Positions 55,765-64,000 of a stretch of DNA of 64,000 nucleotides are shown here, in pieces. The DNA comes from Alphaproteobacteria bacterium (lineage in GTDB: Bacteria; Pseudomonadota; Alphaproteobacteria; SP197). Where the stretch lies: positions 1,027,787 through 1,091,786 of the forward strand of contig OZ241369.1 of assembly GCA_965200215.1 (NCBI GenBank), in the 5' to 3' direction. Both the position numbers and the translations under genes were made by a program. The notes under the pieces are model-generated. The model was not told the DNA's origin. It searched no databases and saw only the letters and a program-made list of their open reading frames with translations. The number at the start of each line of letters is the position of its first letter. The first letter of the stretch is position 1.

Positions 55765-56832
55765 ATGACCGAAACCCGCTTCGACGTCCTCGCCATCGGC
55801 CATGCCCTCGTCGATGTCACCGTCCGCTGCGACGATGCCTTCCTCGCCGAACGGGGCATCGCCAAGGGCGCCATGCGCCTGGTCGACGAAGAGGAGGCCG
55901 AGGCGCTGCGGCAGGCTACAGCGACTCCCGCGAAGCGTTGCAGTCGCCACGGAGAGTCGACTCCCGCGCAGCGTGGCAGTCGCCACGGAGAGTCGACTCC
56001 CGCCGAGGCCTCCGGCGGTTCGGCCGCCAACACCGCCGTCGGCATCGCCGCCCTGGGCGGGCGCGCCTGCTTCGTGGGCATGGTGGCCGACGACGCCCTG
56101 GGGCGCGCCTTCGCCCGCGACATCCGCGCCCGGGGCGTGGCCTTCGCGACGCCTGCCGCCGCCGCCGGGCCGGCGACCGGCCGCTCGCTGGTGCTGGTGA
56201 CGCCCGACGGCGAGCGCAGCATGAGCACCTATCTGGGCGCGGCGGCCCATCTGATCGGCGACGATCTCGACCCCGCCGATGTCGCCGCCGCCAGCGCCCT
56301 CTATCTGGAGGGCTATCTGTGGGACGCGCCCGGCGGCCCGGCGCTGTTCGAGGCGGCGAGGCGGGCGGCGCGGCGCGCCTCGCGCGATGTGGCGATGACG
56401 CTCTCCGATCCCCTGTGCGTCGAGCGCCACCGCGACGCCTTCCTCTCCTTCATCCGCTCGGGCGTCGACATCGTCTTCGCCAACGAGGAGGAGGCCGCCG
56501 CCCTCTATCGCACCGGCAGCCTCGCCGCCACCGCCAGGGCCATGGCGGGCGATGTCCGCCTCGCCGTGCTCACCCGCGGCGAGAAGGGCTGCCTGATCGC
56601 GCGCGGCAGCGAGCGCATCGCCATCGAGGCCACCGCCGCTCCCGTCGACGTGGTGGACACCACCGGCGCCGGCGACCTGCACGCCGCCGGCTTCCTCTAC
56701 GGCTGGACCCAGGGCACCAGCCTGGAGCGGGCGGGCCGCATCGCCGCCATCTGCGCCGGCGAGGTGGTCTGCCATACCGGCACCCGCCCCCGGACCGCCC
56801 TGCGCACCCTGGTGGCGGACAAGCTGGGCTGA
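55765..56832 (+). CDS. PfkB-family carbohydrate/nucleoside kinase (adenosine kinase-like) carrying an in-frame 30-bp tandem duplication (55915-55990)
   Basis: ATG 55765 in ORF 55510..56832. Motifs DTTGAGD and NxxE. Confidence 0.75.
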   Translation: MTETRFDVLAIGHALVDVTVRCDDAFLAERGIAKGAMRLVDEEEAEALRQATATPAKRCSRHGESTPAQRGSRHGESTPAEASGGSAANTAVGIAALGGRACFVGMVADDALGRAFARDIRARGVAFATPAAAAGPATGRSLVLVTPDGERSMSTYLGAAAHLIGDDLDPADVAAASALYLEGYLWDAPGGPALFEAARRAARRASRDVAMTLSDPLCVERHRDAFLSFIRSGVDIVFANEEEAAALYRTGSLAATARAMAGDVRLAVLTRGEKGCLIARGSERIAIEATAAPVDVVDTTGAGDLHAAGFLYGWTQGTSLERAGRIAAICAGEVVCHTGTRPRTALRTLVADKLG

Positions 56833-56958
56833 GCCCCCGCCGGCACCGGCCCTGCGAGTTGATTTCGGCCCTGCGACGTGGTTTCTAGCCCCCGATCCCC
56901 CGATGGCGGGGGATCGTCATCCGGCGACGGGCCAAAGCGCCGCGTGGGGGGATTGGCA

Positions 56959-58071
56959 ATGCTTCTCGGCGTTCCCAGGGAAATCAAGAACCACGAATAT
57001 CGCGTCGGCATGACGCCCGCCGCCGTCCACGAGCTGACGGATGCCGGCCACCGCGTCCTCGTGCAGCGGGGGGCGGGGCGCGCCATCGGCCTCGACGACC
57101 GCATGTATGCCAGGGCCGGAGCCGAGATCGTCGAAGAGGCGGCGGAGATCTACGCCCGCGCCGAGACGATCGTGAAGGTGAAGGAACCGCAGCCGGAAGA
57201 ATGCCGCATGCTGCACCCGGGCCAGGTGCTGTTCACCTATCTGCACCTGGCGCCCGACCCGGAGCAGACCCGGCTGCTGGTCGCCTCCGGCTGCACCGCC
57301 ATCGCCTACGAGACCGTCACCGCCCCCGGCGGCGGCCTGCCGCTGCTGGCGCCGATGAGCGAGGTGGCCGGGCGCATGTCGATCCAGGCGGCCGCCCATT
57401 GCCTGGAGAAGGCGCAGCACGGCTCCGGCGTGCTGCTGGGCGGCGTGCCGGGGGTGGCCCCCGGCAAGGTGGTGGTGATCGGCGGCGGCGTGGTCGGCAC
57501 CCATGCCGCGCGCATGGCGGTCGGCCTGGGGGCGGAGGTGACGGTCTTCGACCGCTCCATCCCGCGCCTGCGCCAGCTGGACGAGCTGTTCCAGGGCCGG
57601 GCGCGCCTGCTCTATGCCACCGGCGACGCGCTGCAGGAGCAGGTCGAGGACGCCGACGCGGTGATCGGCGCCGTGCTGATCCCCGGCGCCGCCGCGCCCA
57701 AGCTGGTGAGCGAGGCGCAGGTGCGGCGGATGCGGCGCGGCTCGGTGCTGGTGGACGTGGCCATCGACCAGGGCGGCTGCTTCGAGACCAGCCGCGCCAC
57801 CACCCACGCCAGGCCGACCTACCGGGTGGGCGGCGTGGTGCATTACTGCGTGGCCAACATGCCCGGCGCCGTGGCCCGCACCTCCACCTTCGCGCTGGGC
57901 GAGGCGACCCTGCCCTTCATCGCCACCCTGGCCGACAAGGGCTGGCGCCAGGCCTGCCGCGACGATCCCCACTTCCTCCAGGGCCTCAACGTCCACGACG
58001 GCAGGATCGTCTACAAGGCGGTGGCCGACGCCCTGGGCTACGACCGCACGGAGCCCGAAGATGTGCTCTAG
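56959..58071 (+). CDS. ald: alanine dehydrogenase
   Basis: ATG 56959. [20 protein letters not shown]... and NAD motif VIGGGVVG. Confidence 0.9.
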   Translation: MLLGVPREIKNHEYRVGMTPAAVHELTDAGHRVLVQRGAGRAIGLDDRMYARAGAEIVEEAAEIYARAETIVKVKEPQPEECRMLHPGQVLFTYLHLAPDPEQTRLLVASGCTAIAYETVTAPGGGLPLLAPMSEVAGRMSIQAAAHCLEKAQHGSGVLLGGVPGVAPGKVVVIGGGVVGTHAARMAVGLGAEVTVFDRSIPRLRQLDELFQGRARLLYATGDALQEQVEDADAVIGAVLIPGAAAPKLVSEAQVRRMRRGSVLVDVAIDQGGCFETSRATTHARPTYRVGGVVHYCVANMPGAVARTSTFALGEATLPFIATLADKGWRQACRDDPHFLQGLNVHDGRIVYKAVADALGYDRTEPEDVL

Positions 58072-59065
58072 CGCCCTGCGCCGCACGGCGGCGCTGCTGG
58101 CGGCGCTGGCCCTTCCCGCCTGCGAGGCGGCGCCGCCGGCCGCCGGGTGCGCCCGGGCGGATTTCGGGGCGGCCATCGTCTACGACGGCGACAAGTTCGA
58201 CGAATCCTTCAACCAGGCCGCCTGGGACGGGGCCGAGCGCTTCCGCCGCGAGACCGGCAACGGCTATCTGGAGATCGAGGTCGCCGCCGCCGACCGGCGC
58301 GAGGAGGCGGTTCGCGCCATGGCCGAAGCCGGGGCGACGATGATCGCCGCCCTGGGCATCGCCCAGAGCGAGGCGGTGGCGGCCGTCGCCCGCGAGCGGC
58401 CGGGCGTGGACTTCGTGCTGATCGACGGCGCGCTCGACCTGCCCAATGTGCGCTCGGTGGCCTTCAAGGAGCATGAGGGCGCCTTTCTGGCCGGGATGGC
58501 GGCGGCGATGGCCTCGCAGAGCGGCAGGCTGGGCTTCATCGGCGGCATGGACGTGCCGGCGGTGCGCAACTTCGCGGCCGGCTATCGCCAGGGCGCGCGC
58601 CATGTGAACCCGGAGATCGAGGTGGCGGACGCCATGGTGGGCACGACCCCCGCCGCCTGGCACGACCCCGGCGCCGCCGCCACCCTGGCCCGCGAGCAGT
58701 TCGCCGCCGGGGCCGATGTGGTGTTCGCGGCGGCCGGCGGCAGCGGCCTGGGCGTCTATCGGGCGGCAGCGGCGGCCGGCCGGCTGGCCATCGGCGTCGA
58801 CTCCAACCAGAACCGGCTCCATCCGGGCACCATGCTGACCTCGGCGGTCAAGCGGGTGGATGTGGCCGTCCATCGCGCCTTCATGGACGCCTGCGAAGGC
58901 CGCTTCACCGCCGGGCGCCAGCTGCTGGGCCTCGCCGAGGGCGGCGTCGACTGGGCGCTCGACGAGCACAACCGCCCGCTGATCGACGCCGCCATGGAGG
59001 CCCGGATCGAGCGGGCGCGTGCCGACATCGTCGCCGGCCGCCTCATCGTCGAGGACGGCGGCTAG
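58061..59065 (+). CDS. BMP-family ABC transporter substrate-binding lipoprotein (PnrA/Med-like)
   Basis: ORF track. Confidence 0.75.
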   Translation: MCSSALRRTAALLAALALPACEAAPPAAGCARADFGAAIVYDGDKFDESFNQAAWDGAERFRRETGNGYLEIEVAAADRREEAVRAMAEAGATMIAALGIAQSEAVAAVARERPGVDFVLIDGALDLPNVRSVAFKEHEGAFLAGMAAAMASQSGRLGFIGGMDVPAVRNFAAGYRQGARHVNPEIEVADAMVGTTPAAWHDPGAAATLAREQFAAGADVVFAAAGGSGLGVYRAAAAAGRLAIGVDSNQNRLHPGTMLTSAVKRVDVAVHRAFMDACEGRFTAGRQLLGLAEGGVDWALDEHNRPLIDAAMEARIERARADIVAGRLIVEDGG

Positions 59066-59115
59066 CGGCAGCGCGCCGTGAACGGCCCGCCCGGCCGTGA
59101 ACGATCCGGCGCGGC

Positions 59116-60030
59116 TCAGTCCTGCGGCGGCGGCTTCAGGCCATCCAGCAGCACCGCCAGGTTTTCGTCGCGCCAGCGTTCCAGCTCGTCCATGGTCAGA
59201 TGGCCGTACATGGCCTCCACCTCGCCGATCAGCCGCTGCCGGGCCTCCTCGCCGCGCCGCCAGCCGAAATGGTCGATCATGTGGCGGATGCCGCCCTTGC
59301 CGCCGCCCAGATGGTAGCAGGTCGCCGGCCCGGCGAAGGCCCAGCGCAGGCCGGGGCCGCTGGCGATGGCGGTGTCGATGTCGCGCCAGTCGCAGATGCC
59401 GCCCGCGACCAGGGCGGCCGCCTCCTCGAAAACGACGTGCTGCAGGCGGTTGGCGACATAGGATTCGATCTCCTTCTTCAGGCGCAGCACCCGGCGCCCC
59501 AGGCTCTCGTAGAAGGCGCAGGTCCAGTCCAGGACCGCGGGATCGGTGGCCTCGCCGCCCACCACCTCGACCAGCGGCAGCAGATAGCTGGGCGCGAAGG
59601 GATGGCCGATCGCCACCCGCTCGGGATGGCGGCAGCCGGATTGCAGGCGCGACGGCAGGAAGGTGGACGACGAGCTGGCCAGCACGGTGTCGGCGGGGCA
59701 GGCGGCGTCCAGGCGGGCGAACAGCTCGATCTTCAGCTCCTCCCTGTCGGGCGCGCTCTCCTGCACGAACTGGGCGCCCGCCACCGCCTCCTCCGGGCCG
59801 GCGGCAAAGCGCAGGCGCCGGCGGCTGGCGCCGGGGGCCAGCCCCAGCCTTTGCAGCCACGGCCAGGCCTGGTCGACGATGGCGCGCGCCTGCCGCTCGG
59901 CGTCGGGGGCGGGGTCGCTGATCGCCACCTCCTTGCCCGCCGCCAGGAACACCGCCGCCCAGCCGGCGCCGATGGTGCCGCCGCCCACGCAGGCGACGCG
60001 CTCAACCTCGTCCGCTCGCGGTCTCGCCAT
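59116..60030 (-). CDS. 3-hydroxyacyl-CoA dehydrogenase family protein (L-carnitine dehydrogenase-like)
   Basis: Internal ATG (60028-60030) of ORF 59116..60075. NAD motif VGGGTIGAGWA. Confidence 0.7.
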   Translation of the reverse strand: MARPRADEVERVACVGGGTIGAGWAAVFLAAGKEVAISDPAPDAERQARAIVDQAWPWLQRLGLAPGASRRRLRFAAGPEEAVAGAQFVQESAPDREELKIELFARLDAACPADTVLASSSSTFLPSRLQSGCRHPERVAIGHPFAPSYLLPLVEVVGGEATDPAVLDWTCAFYESLGRRVLRLKKEIESYVANRLQHVVFEEAAALVAGGICDWRDIDTAIASGPGLRWAFAGPATCYHLGGGKGGIRHMIDHFGWRRGEEARQRLIGEVEAMYGHLTMDELERWRDENLAVLLDGLKPPPQD

Positions 60031-61015
60031 GGCTCTCCTCCTCCGCCAGCCGCCGCAGCAGATGGCCCTGAACATAATCCGCCACGCCCTCTTCCAGGCC
60101 GGTGAAGGGCCGCCGGTAGCCCGCGCGGCGCAGGCGCGCCATCCCGGCCTGGGTGAAATACTGATAGCGCCCCTTCAGCGCCGCCGGCATGTCGATGAAG
60201 TCGATGGCGGGCGGGCGGCCCAGGGCGGCGAAGACGGCATGGGCCAGCTCCAGCCAGCTGCGGGCGCGGCCGGTGCCCAGGTTGAAGATGCCGGCGACAT
60301 CCGGGCGCCCCAGCAGCCACAGCACGGCGGCGACGCAATCTTCGACGTGGACGAAATCGCGCTTCTGCCCGCCATCGGCGATCCCGGGCCGTTCCGAGCG
60401 GAACAGCCGCAGCGCCCCGCCCGCCCGCAGCGCCGGAACGCTCTTGGCGATGACGCTGCGCATCTCGCCCTTGTGGTCCTCCCAGGGGCCGTAGACGTTG
60501 AAGAAGCGCAGCCCGGCCCAGTGCGGCGGGGTGGGGCGGCCGGCGTCGCGCTCGCGCACCGCCAGGCGGTCGAACAGCAGCTTGCCGGCGCCGTAGGGCG
60601 TGATGGGGCGCAGCCTGGCCATGGCCTGCTGCGAGGGGTCGTCATCGAAGCCCTGGCCGCCGTCGCCATAGACCTGGGCCGAGGAGGCCCAGATCAGCGG
60701 CACGCCGGCCCCGGCGCACCAGTCCCACAGCATCAGCGGCAGCCAGACATTGGTGCGCAGGACCAGGTCGACATCGGTCTCGGAGGTGGAGGTGACGGCG
60801 CCCATGTGGATCACCGCCTCCAGGCCCCGCCGGCCCCGCAGCCAGGCCATGAGCTCTTCGGCCGGCAGCCGGTGGGCGATGGCCGCCGGTGGGATCGGGG
60901 CGCCCCGCGCGGCCTCGGGATGGCGGTCGCACAGGGCGAGGCGGGCGCCCCGGCGGGCCAGGGCGGCGGCGATGTTGGAGCCGATGAAGCCGCCGGCGCC
61001 GGTCACCAGGATCAA
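60002..61015 (-). CDS. hldD: ADP-L-glycero-D-manno-heptose-6-epimerase
   Basis: Strong similarity to E. coli HldD blocks (RFFNVYGPWEDHKG, GIFNLGTGRARSW, LKGRYQYFTQA). Proposed TTG start overlapping the gmhA stop (TTGA) with GGAGG RBS. The ORF-track GTG start at 61063 is the alternative. Confidence 0.8.
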   Translation of the reverse strand: MILVTGAGGFIGSNIAAALARRGARLALCDRHPEAARGAPIPPAAIAHRLPAEELMAWLRGRRGLEAVIHMGAVTSTSETDVDLVLRTNVWLPLMLWDWCAGAGVPLIWASSAQVYGDGGQGFDDDPSQQAMARLRPITPYGAGKLLFDRLAVRERDAGRPTPPHWAGLRFFNVYGPWEDHKGEMRSVIAKSVPALRAGGALRLFRSERPGIADGGQKRDFVHVEDCVAAVLWLLGRPDVAGIFNLGTGRARSWLELAHAVFAALGRPPAIDFIDMPAALKGRYQYFTQAGMARLRRAGYRRPFTGLEEGVADYVQGHLLRRLAEEESHGETASGRG

Positions 61016-61605
61016 GGCGCGGCCTCCGCCACCAGGCCCAGCTCGATCTCGATGGCGGCGCACAGCATCTGCCCCAGCAGCAGGTGCATCTCCTGGATGC
61101 GGGCGGTGGCGTGGTCGGGGACGATCAGCAGCGGCCGGGCGAGGCCAGTCAAGGCGCCACCATCGCGCCCGGCCAGCGCCGCCGCCACCATGCCGTTCTC
61201 GCGGGCGAAGCGCAGGGCGGCCAGCACGTTGGCGCTTCTGCCGGAGGTGGTGAGGCCCAGGGCCACATCGCCCGGCCGCCCCAGCGCCTCCAGCTGGCGG
61301 GCGAAGACGCGCTCGAAGCCCAGGTCGTTGCCCGCCGCCGTCAGGGCCGAGGCGTCGGCGGTCAGCGCCAGGGCGGCGATGGCCCGCCGGTCGCGGGCGT
61401 AGCGCACGCTGAGCTCGCTCGCCAGGTGCTGGGCGTCGCCGGCGCTGCCGCCATTGCCGAAGAAGAACAGCCGCCCGCCCGCCTTCAGGCTGCCGACGCA
61501 GACCTCGACCAGGCGGCAGAACGGCGCCAGCAGCGCCTGCCTGGTGGCCCGCAGCGCCGCCTCGTGGCGGTCGAACTCGGCGGCGTAGAAACGGGCGAGG
61601 TCCAT
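61012..61605 (-). CDS. gmhA: D-sedoheptulose 7-phosphate isomerase (SIS domain)
   Basis: Internal ATG (61603-61605) of ORF 61012..62493; GNGGSAGDAQH and SGRSANV blocks like E. coli GmhA. Confidence 0.85.
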   Translation of the reverse strand: MDLARFYAAEFDRHEAALRATRQALLAPFCRLVEVCVGSLKAGGRLFFFGNGGSAGDAQHLASELSVRYARDRRAIAALALTADASALTAAGNDLGFERVFARQLEALGRPGDVALGLTTSGRSANVLAALRFARENGMVAAALAGRDGGALTGLARPLLIVPDHATARIQEMHLLLGQMLCAAIEIELGLVAEAAP

Positions 61606-61689
61606 GGCGCTTCCCGGCGGCGTCCCCGCATAGCCCGCGCGCCGGGACCGTTCAAGCCGGGAAGGGGCAGTGTCCCGGTTTGAAGTTTC

Positions 61690-61960
61690 GAGGCTGCGGG
61701 CCGGCGCTTTGGCTTGTGGCCGGTGGTCAGTGGTCGGTAGCCAGTGGCCAGTAGTCGGTGGTCGGTGGGAGCGGGAAATGGCGGTGGTGCCTGGCGGTGG
61801 GGGGCGGTGCGTCGGCGGGCCTTGCGGCCCGTTGCCGGCGGGACGCCGGCGCTCGGGGAACGGTGTGTGGGCGGGCCGGACGGCCCGCCGGGGGCGGGAC
61901 GCTCGGTCGGTGCCTGGTGGCGGCAAACGGCACCTGCCCATGTTCAAACCGGGGTGCCGG
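61690..61960. repeat. composite GC-rich repeat element (most complete copy: heptamers + GAGCGGG module + three stem-loops + GGCAAACGGCACCTGCCCATGTTCAAACC terminal module)
   Basis: Motifs. Confidence 0.75.
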
Positions 61961-62573
61961 CCAGGAAGGGCAGCAGGCGGCGCGCCGCGCCCGGCGTGGC
62001 GGCCCGCAGCACCCGGAAGCCCGCGCCCGCCTGCGCCAGGGCGGCGGCCACGTCGTCGCTGCCGCAGCCTTCGCCGACCAGGATGCCGCCCTGGGCGCCG
62101 GCGCGCCGGGCCGCCTCCATGTCGGAGGCGCGGTCGCCCAGCATCCAGGAGGCGGCGACGTCCAGCGCCAGGGCCTGGGCGGCGGCCAGCAGCATCCCCG
62201 GGGCCGGCTTGCGCATCCGCTCCTCGCCCGGCGCGAAGGGGGCGGCGAGGACGGCATCCCAGCGCGCCGGCGCCAGTTCGGCGGCGATGGCGCGCTGGAC
62301 GGCATCGAACTGCCGCCAGCCGAAGAGGCCGCGCCCGATGCCCGACTGGTTGGTGACCACCGCCACCGCCACGCCCGCCCGGTTGGCGGCGGCGATCAGG
62401 GCGGCGATGCCGGGCAGCAGGCGCACATCCTCCGCCCGCCGCAGCCAGCCCACCTCCTCCACCACCACGCCGTCGCGGTCGAGGAACAGGCACGGCCGGC
62501 CCGGCAGCGGCGGCGAGGCGATCTGGCGCCAGAGGCCGTCGCCGTCCAGCGGCCAGCGGGCCCCGGCGCTCAC
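61944..62573 (-). CDS. gmhB: D,D-heptose 1,7-bisphosphate phosphatase (HAD-IIIA)
   Basis: HAD motif CLFLDRDGVVVEE. Proposed GTG start overlapping upstream stop (GTGA). Start uncertain. Confidence 0.65.
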   Translation of the reverse strand: MSAGARWPLDGDGLWRQIASPPLPGRPCLFLDRDGVVVEEVGWLRRAEDVRLLPGIAALIAAANRAGVAVAVVTNQSGIGRGLFGWRQFDAVQRAIAAELAPARWDAVLAAPFAPGEERMRKPAPGMLLAAAQALALDVAASWMLGDRASDMEAARRAGAQGGILVGEGCGSDDVAAALAQAGAGFRVLRAATPGAARRLLPFLAGTPV

Positions 62574-63316
62574 CGGGCCTGGAGGAAGCGGCGCGAGGCC
62601 CCGGCCAGCGCCAGGCAGGTCAGGGTGCCGAAATGCCAGGCGCCGGTATCGATGCCGATGCGGTGGCGGCGCACCGCCGGGCGGGGGTGGATGGAATGGC
62701 CGTGCACCACCGTTCTGGGCAGGGCGCCCTGCCAGTCCAGGAACTCGTGGCGGATCCACATCATGTCTTCGGCCGTCTGGCTGGCCAGCGCCACGCCGGG
62801 GCGGATGCCGGCATGGACGAACAGATAATCGCCCTCCTCGTGGCAGAGCGCCAGGTTCTCCAGGAAGGCGCGGTGGGCGCCGGGCAGGCGCCGGCAGAGT
62901 TCGCCATGGACGCGGGCGGCTGGCTGGGCGGTATCGACGCCGTAGGAGGCCAGAGTGGCGGCCCCGCCCATATCGGGGCCGATCCACCAGCGCCCGGCCT
63001 GCCCATCCTCCAGGAAGCGCAGCATGGCGTCCTCGTGGTTGCCCTTCAGATGCACGCGCTCGAAGCCGTCGCCGGGCGGAGCGGTCAGCAGGTCGAGGAC
63101 GCGGCGCGAATCGGGGCCCCGGTCGACATAGTCGCCCAGGAAGACCAACAGCCGGCGCGGTTCGGGGCGGGAGGCGGCATCGGCGCGGATCGAGGCCAGC
63201 AGCCGGGCCAGCAGATCGGCCCGCCCGTGGACGTCGCCGACGGCATAGACCAGCCTGCCCTCGCCGACGTGCGCTGCCTGCGATCCGTTCCGCGCCACGG
63301 CCCCCTCCCCGGCCAT
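62570..63316 (-). CDS. serine/threonine protein phosphatase (calcineurin-like metallophosphoesterase, ApaH-like)
   Basis: ORF track. GDVHG...GDYVDRG...GNHE motifs. Confidence 0.8.
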   Translation of the reverse strand: MAGEGAVARNGSQAAHVGEGRLVYAVGDVHGRADLLARLLASIRADAASRPEPRRLLVFLGDYVDRGPDSRRVLDLLTAPPGDGFERVHLKGNHEDAMLRFLEDGQAGRWWIGPDMGGAATLASYGVDTAQPAARVHGELCRRLPGAHRAFLENLALCHEEGDYLFVHAGIRPGVALASQTAEDMMWIRHEFLDWQGALPRTVVHGHSIHPRPAVRRHRIGIDTGAWHFGTLTCLALAGASRRFLQAR

Positions 63317-63776
63317 AGACGTGAGTCAAGGTGCTTCGCAGCACTATAGACGTGAACGACAACGACACTAAGAGATTCACGAGAAAGTGAGAGATCGCTC
63401 AACAATGCTGAAAATGCCACCCAAACCAAGAACTGTAAATGAAGCAGTTAGTCAATATATTTGGCATTACTAACGTTCTAGGAAAACAAGAACTGTAAAT
63501 ATGGAGTAATGAAATATGACTGAATTTGAAATTTCTAGTATTGCTCTTCAGAGAAAAAATTTATGGGCTATCATTATCACAATTATTGCCACTATCTCAA
63601 TAGAAGTTTGGCAATGCCCTTGTCTTTTGAGTGGCTCCGGTGTCGATGGGGGCTGCTCCCGCCAAGCATCGCACGGAGCGCACCCTACCGCCACCCACAT
63701 GGAGGCGAAGCAGGCCGCCGACAGCGTGGGGGCGGCAGAGGTCCCGCGTCAAGCCGGCCCGATGGGGCGGCGGCCG

Positions 63777-63804
63777 TTGACAGCCCCGCTTCGCCGCCTA
63801 TAGT
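63777..63804 (+). promoter_or_regulatory. near-consensus sigma70-type promoter for rplU (TTGACA-16-TATAGT)
   Basis: By eye, about 50 nt upstream of the rplU start. Confidence 0.5.
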
Positions 63805-63856
63805 CGCCGTCCCTCGTGGCCGCCCCGGCGGCGGGGGCAGAGGGGAGCGTTGGGCG

Positions 63857-64000
63857 GTGTTCGCAGTCATCCAGACCGGCGGCAAGCAGTATCGGGTGGC
63901 CCAGGGCGACATCCTGGCCGTGGAGCGGCTGGCGGGCGAGGTGGGCGAACGCATCGCCTTCGAGCGCGTGCTGATGGTCGCCGACGGCGGCGATCTCGGC
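63857..64000 (+). CDS. rplU: 50S ribosomal protein L21 (5' part; continues beyond window)
   Basis: GTG 63857: (M)[30 protein letters not shown]... Confidence 0.85.
   Translation, partial: MFAVIQTGGKQYRVAQGDILAVERLAGEVGERIAFERVLMVADGGDLG

Noticed and set aside
59065-59120. Possible terminator hairpin (ACGGCC-CGCC-CGGCCGT with direct repeat GCCGTGAACG x2) between convergent BMP and dehydrogenase genes
   Set aside because: No T-tract, and the stem is one of many GC palindromes expected by chance in this composition; left unannotated.
600-62000. Possible CRISPR arrays suggested by the dense short direct repeats
   Set aside because: Repeat units are 7 nt with no spacer structure, variable and degenerate. 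They are part of a larger hairpin-containing element, and no cas genes are present.
61944-63380. 478-aa minus-strand ORF fusing gmhB with upstream sequence
   Set aside because: The upstream part is out of frame with the genuine phosphatase gene (62570..63316). The gmhB frame is best started at the GTG overlapping the phosphatase stop.

Overview
High-GC (visibly about 70% G+C) bacterial chromosomal segment with an alphaproteobacterial-type gene set. Housekeeping genes: trmFO, rpmG, tRNA-His, rplU (partial), ald, an ADP-heptose cluster (gmhA-hldD-gmhB), a long-form dCTP deaminase and a two-domain cold-shock protein. Metabolic and transport genes: two Rieske oxygenases, a CoxL/XDH-family molybdoprotein, a D-aminoacylase, an amidase, a sulfatase plus an FGE-domain protein, polyamine-type and family-5 substrate-binding proteins, BMP lipoprotein, MFS transporter, GST, IUNH and a dipeptidase. 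Three things stand out. (1) A composite GC-rich repeat element occupies almost every intergenic gap: a variable tandem heptamer array of (A/G)GTGGYN units next to a conserved core with three perfect GC stem-loops. There are at least 25 copies in 64 kb. The array often starts exactly at the 3' end of a gene and in one case sits in-frame inside a coding region. (2) Positions 600-4650 hold a tandem array of five paralogous small TM/coiled-coil protein genes with variable hendecad-repeat number, interleaved with two DUF1640 genes and repeat elements. (3) Positions 19.4-32.6 kb form a mosaic defence-type island. It holds a type III-like Res helicase/endonuclease and a beta-class Mod methyltransferase, separated by a 3-kb four-gene cassette (DUF1640, small protein, retropepsin-like aspartic protease, DUF1828/1829-like). 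The Mod ORF has an AT-richer TRD segment, an in-frame palindromic heptamer-array insertion and a nested four-helix-bundle gene in another frame. Downstream are an AAA_21-like ATPase with a DUF4276 remnant truncated by a repeat element, and an AT-richer, translationally coupled ATPase + small PD-(D/E)xK-like protein pair (candidate uncharacterised two-gene defence module). Other features: an IS5-family (IS427-group) IS with -1 frameshift inserted in a heptamer array (TA duplication); a 146-bp tandem repeat duplicating the 5' end and promoter of an AAA ATPase gene; a 30-bp in-frame tandem duplication in a PfkB kinase; and an AT-rich 300-bp islet with direct repeats and a small hydrophobic ORF upstream of rplU. 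Many long ORFs in the six-frame track are GC-bias artefacts opposite to or overlapping real genes.
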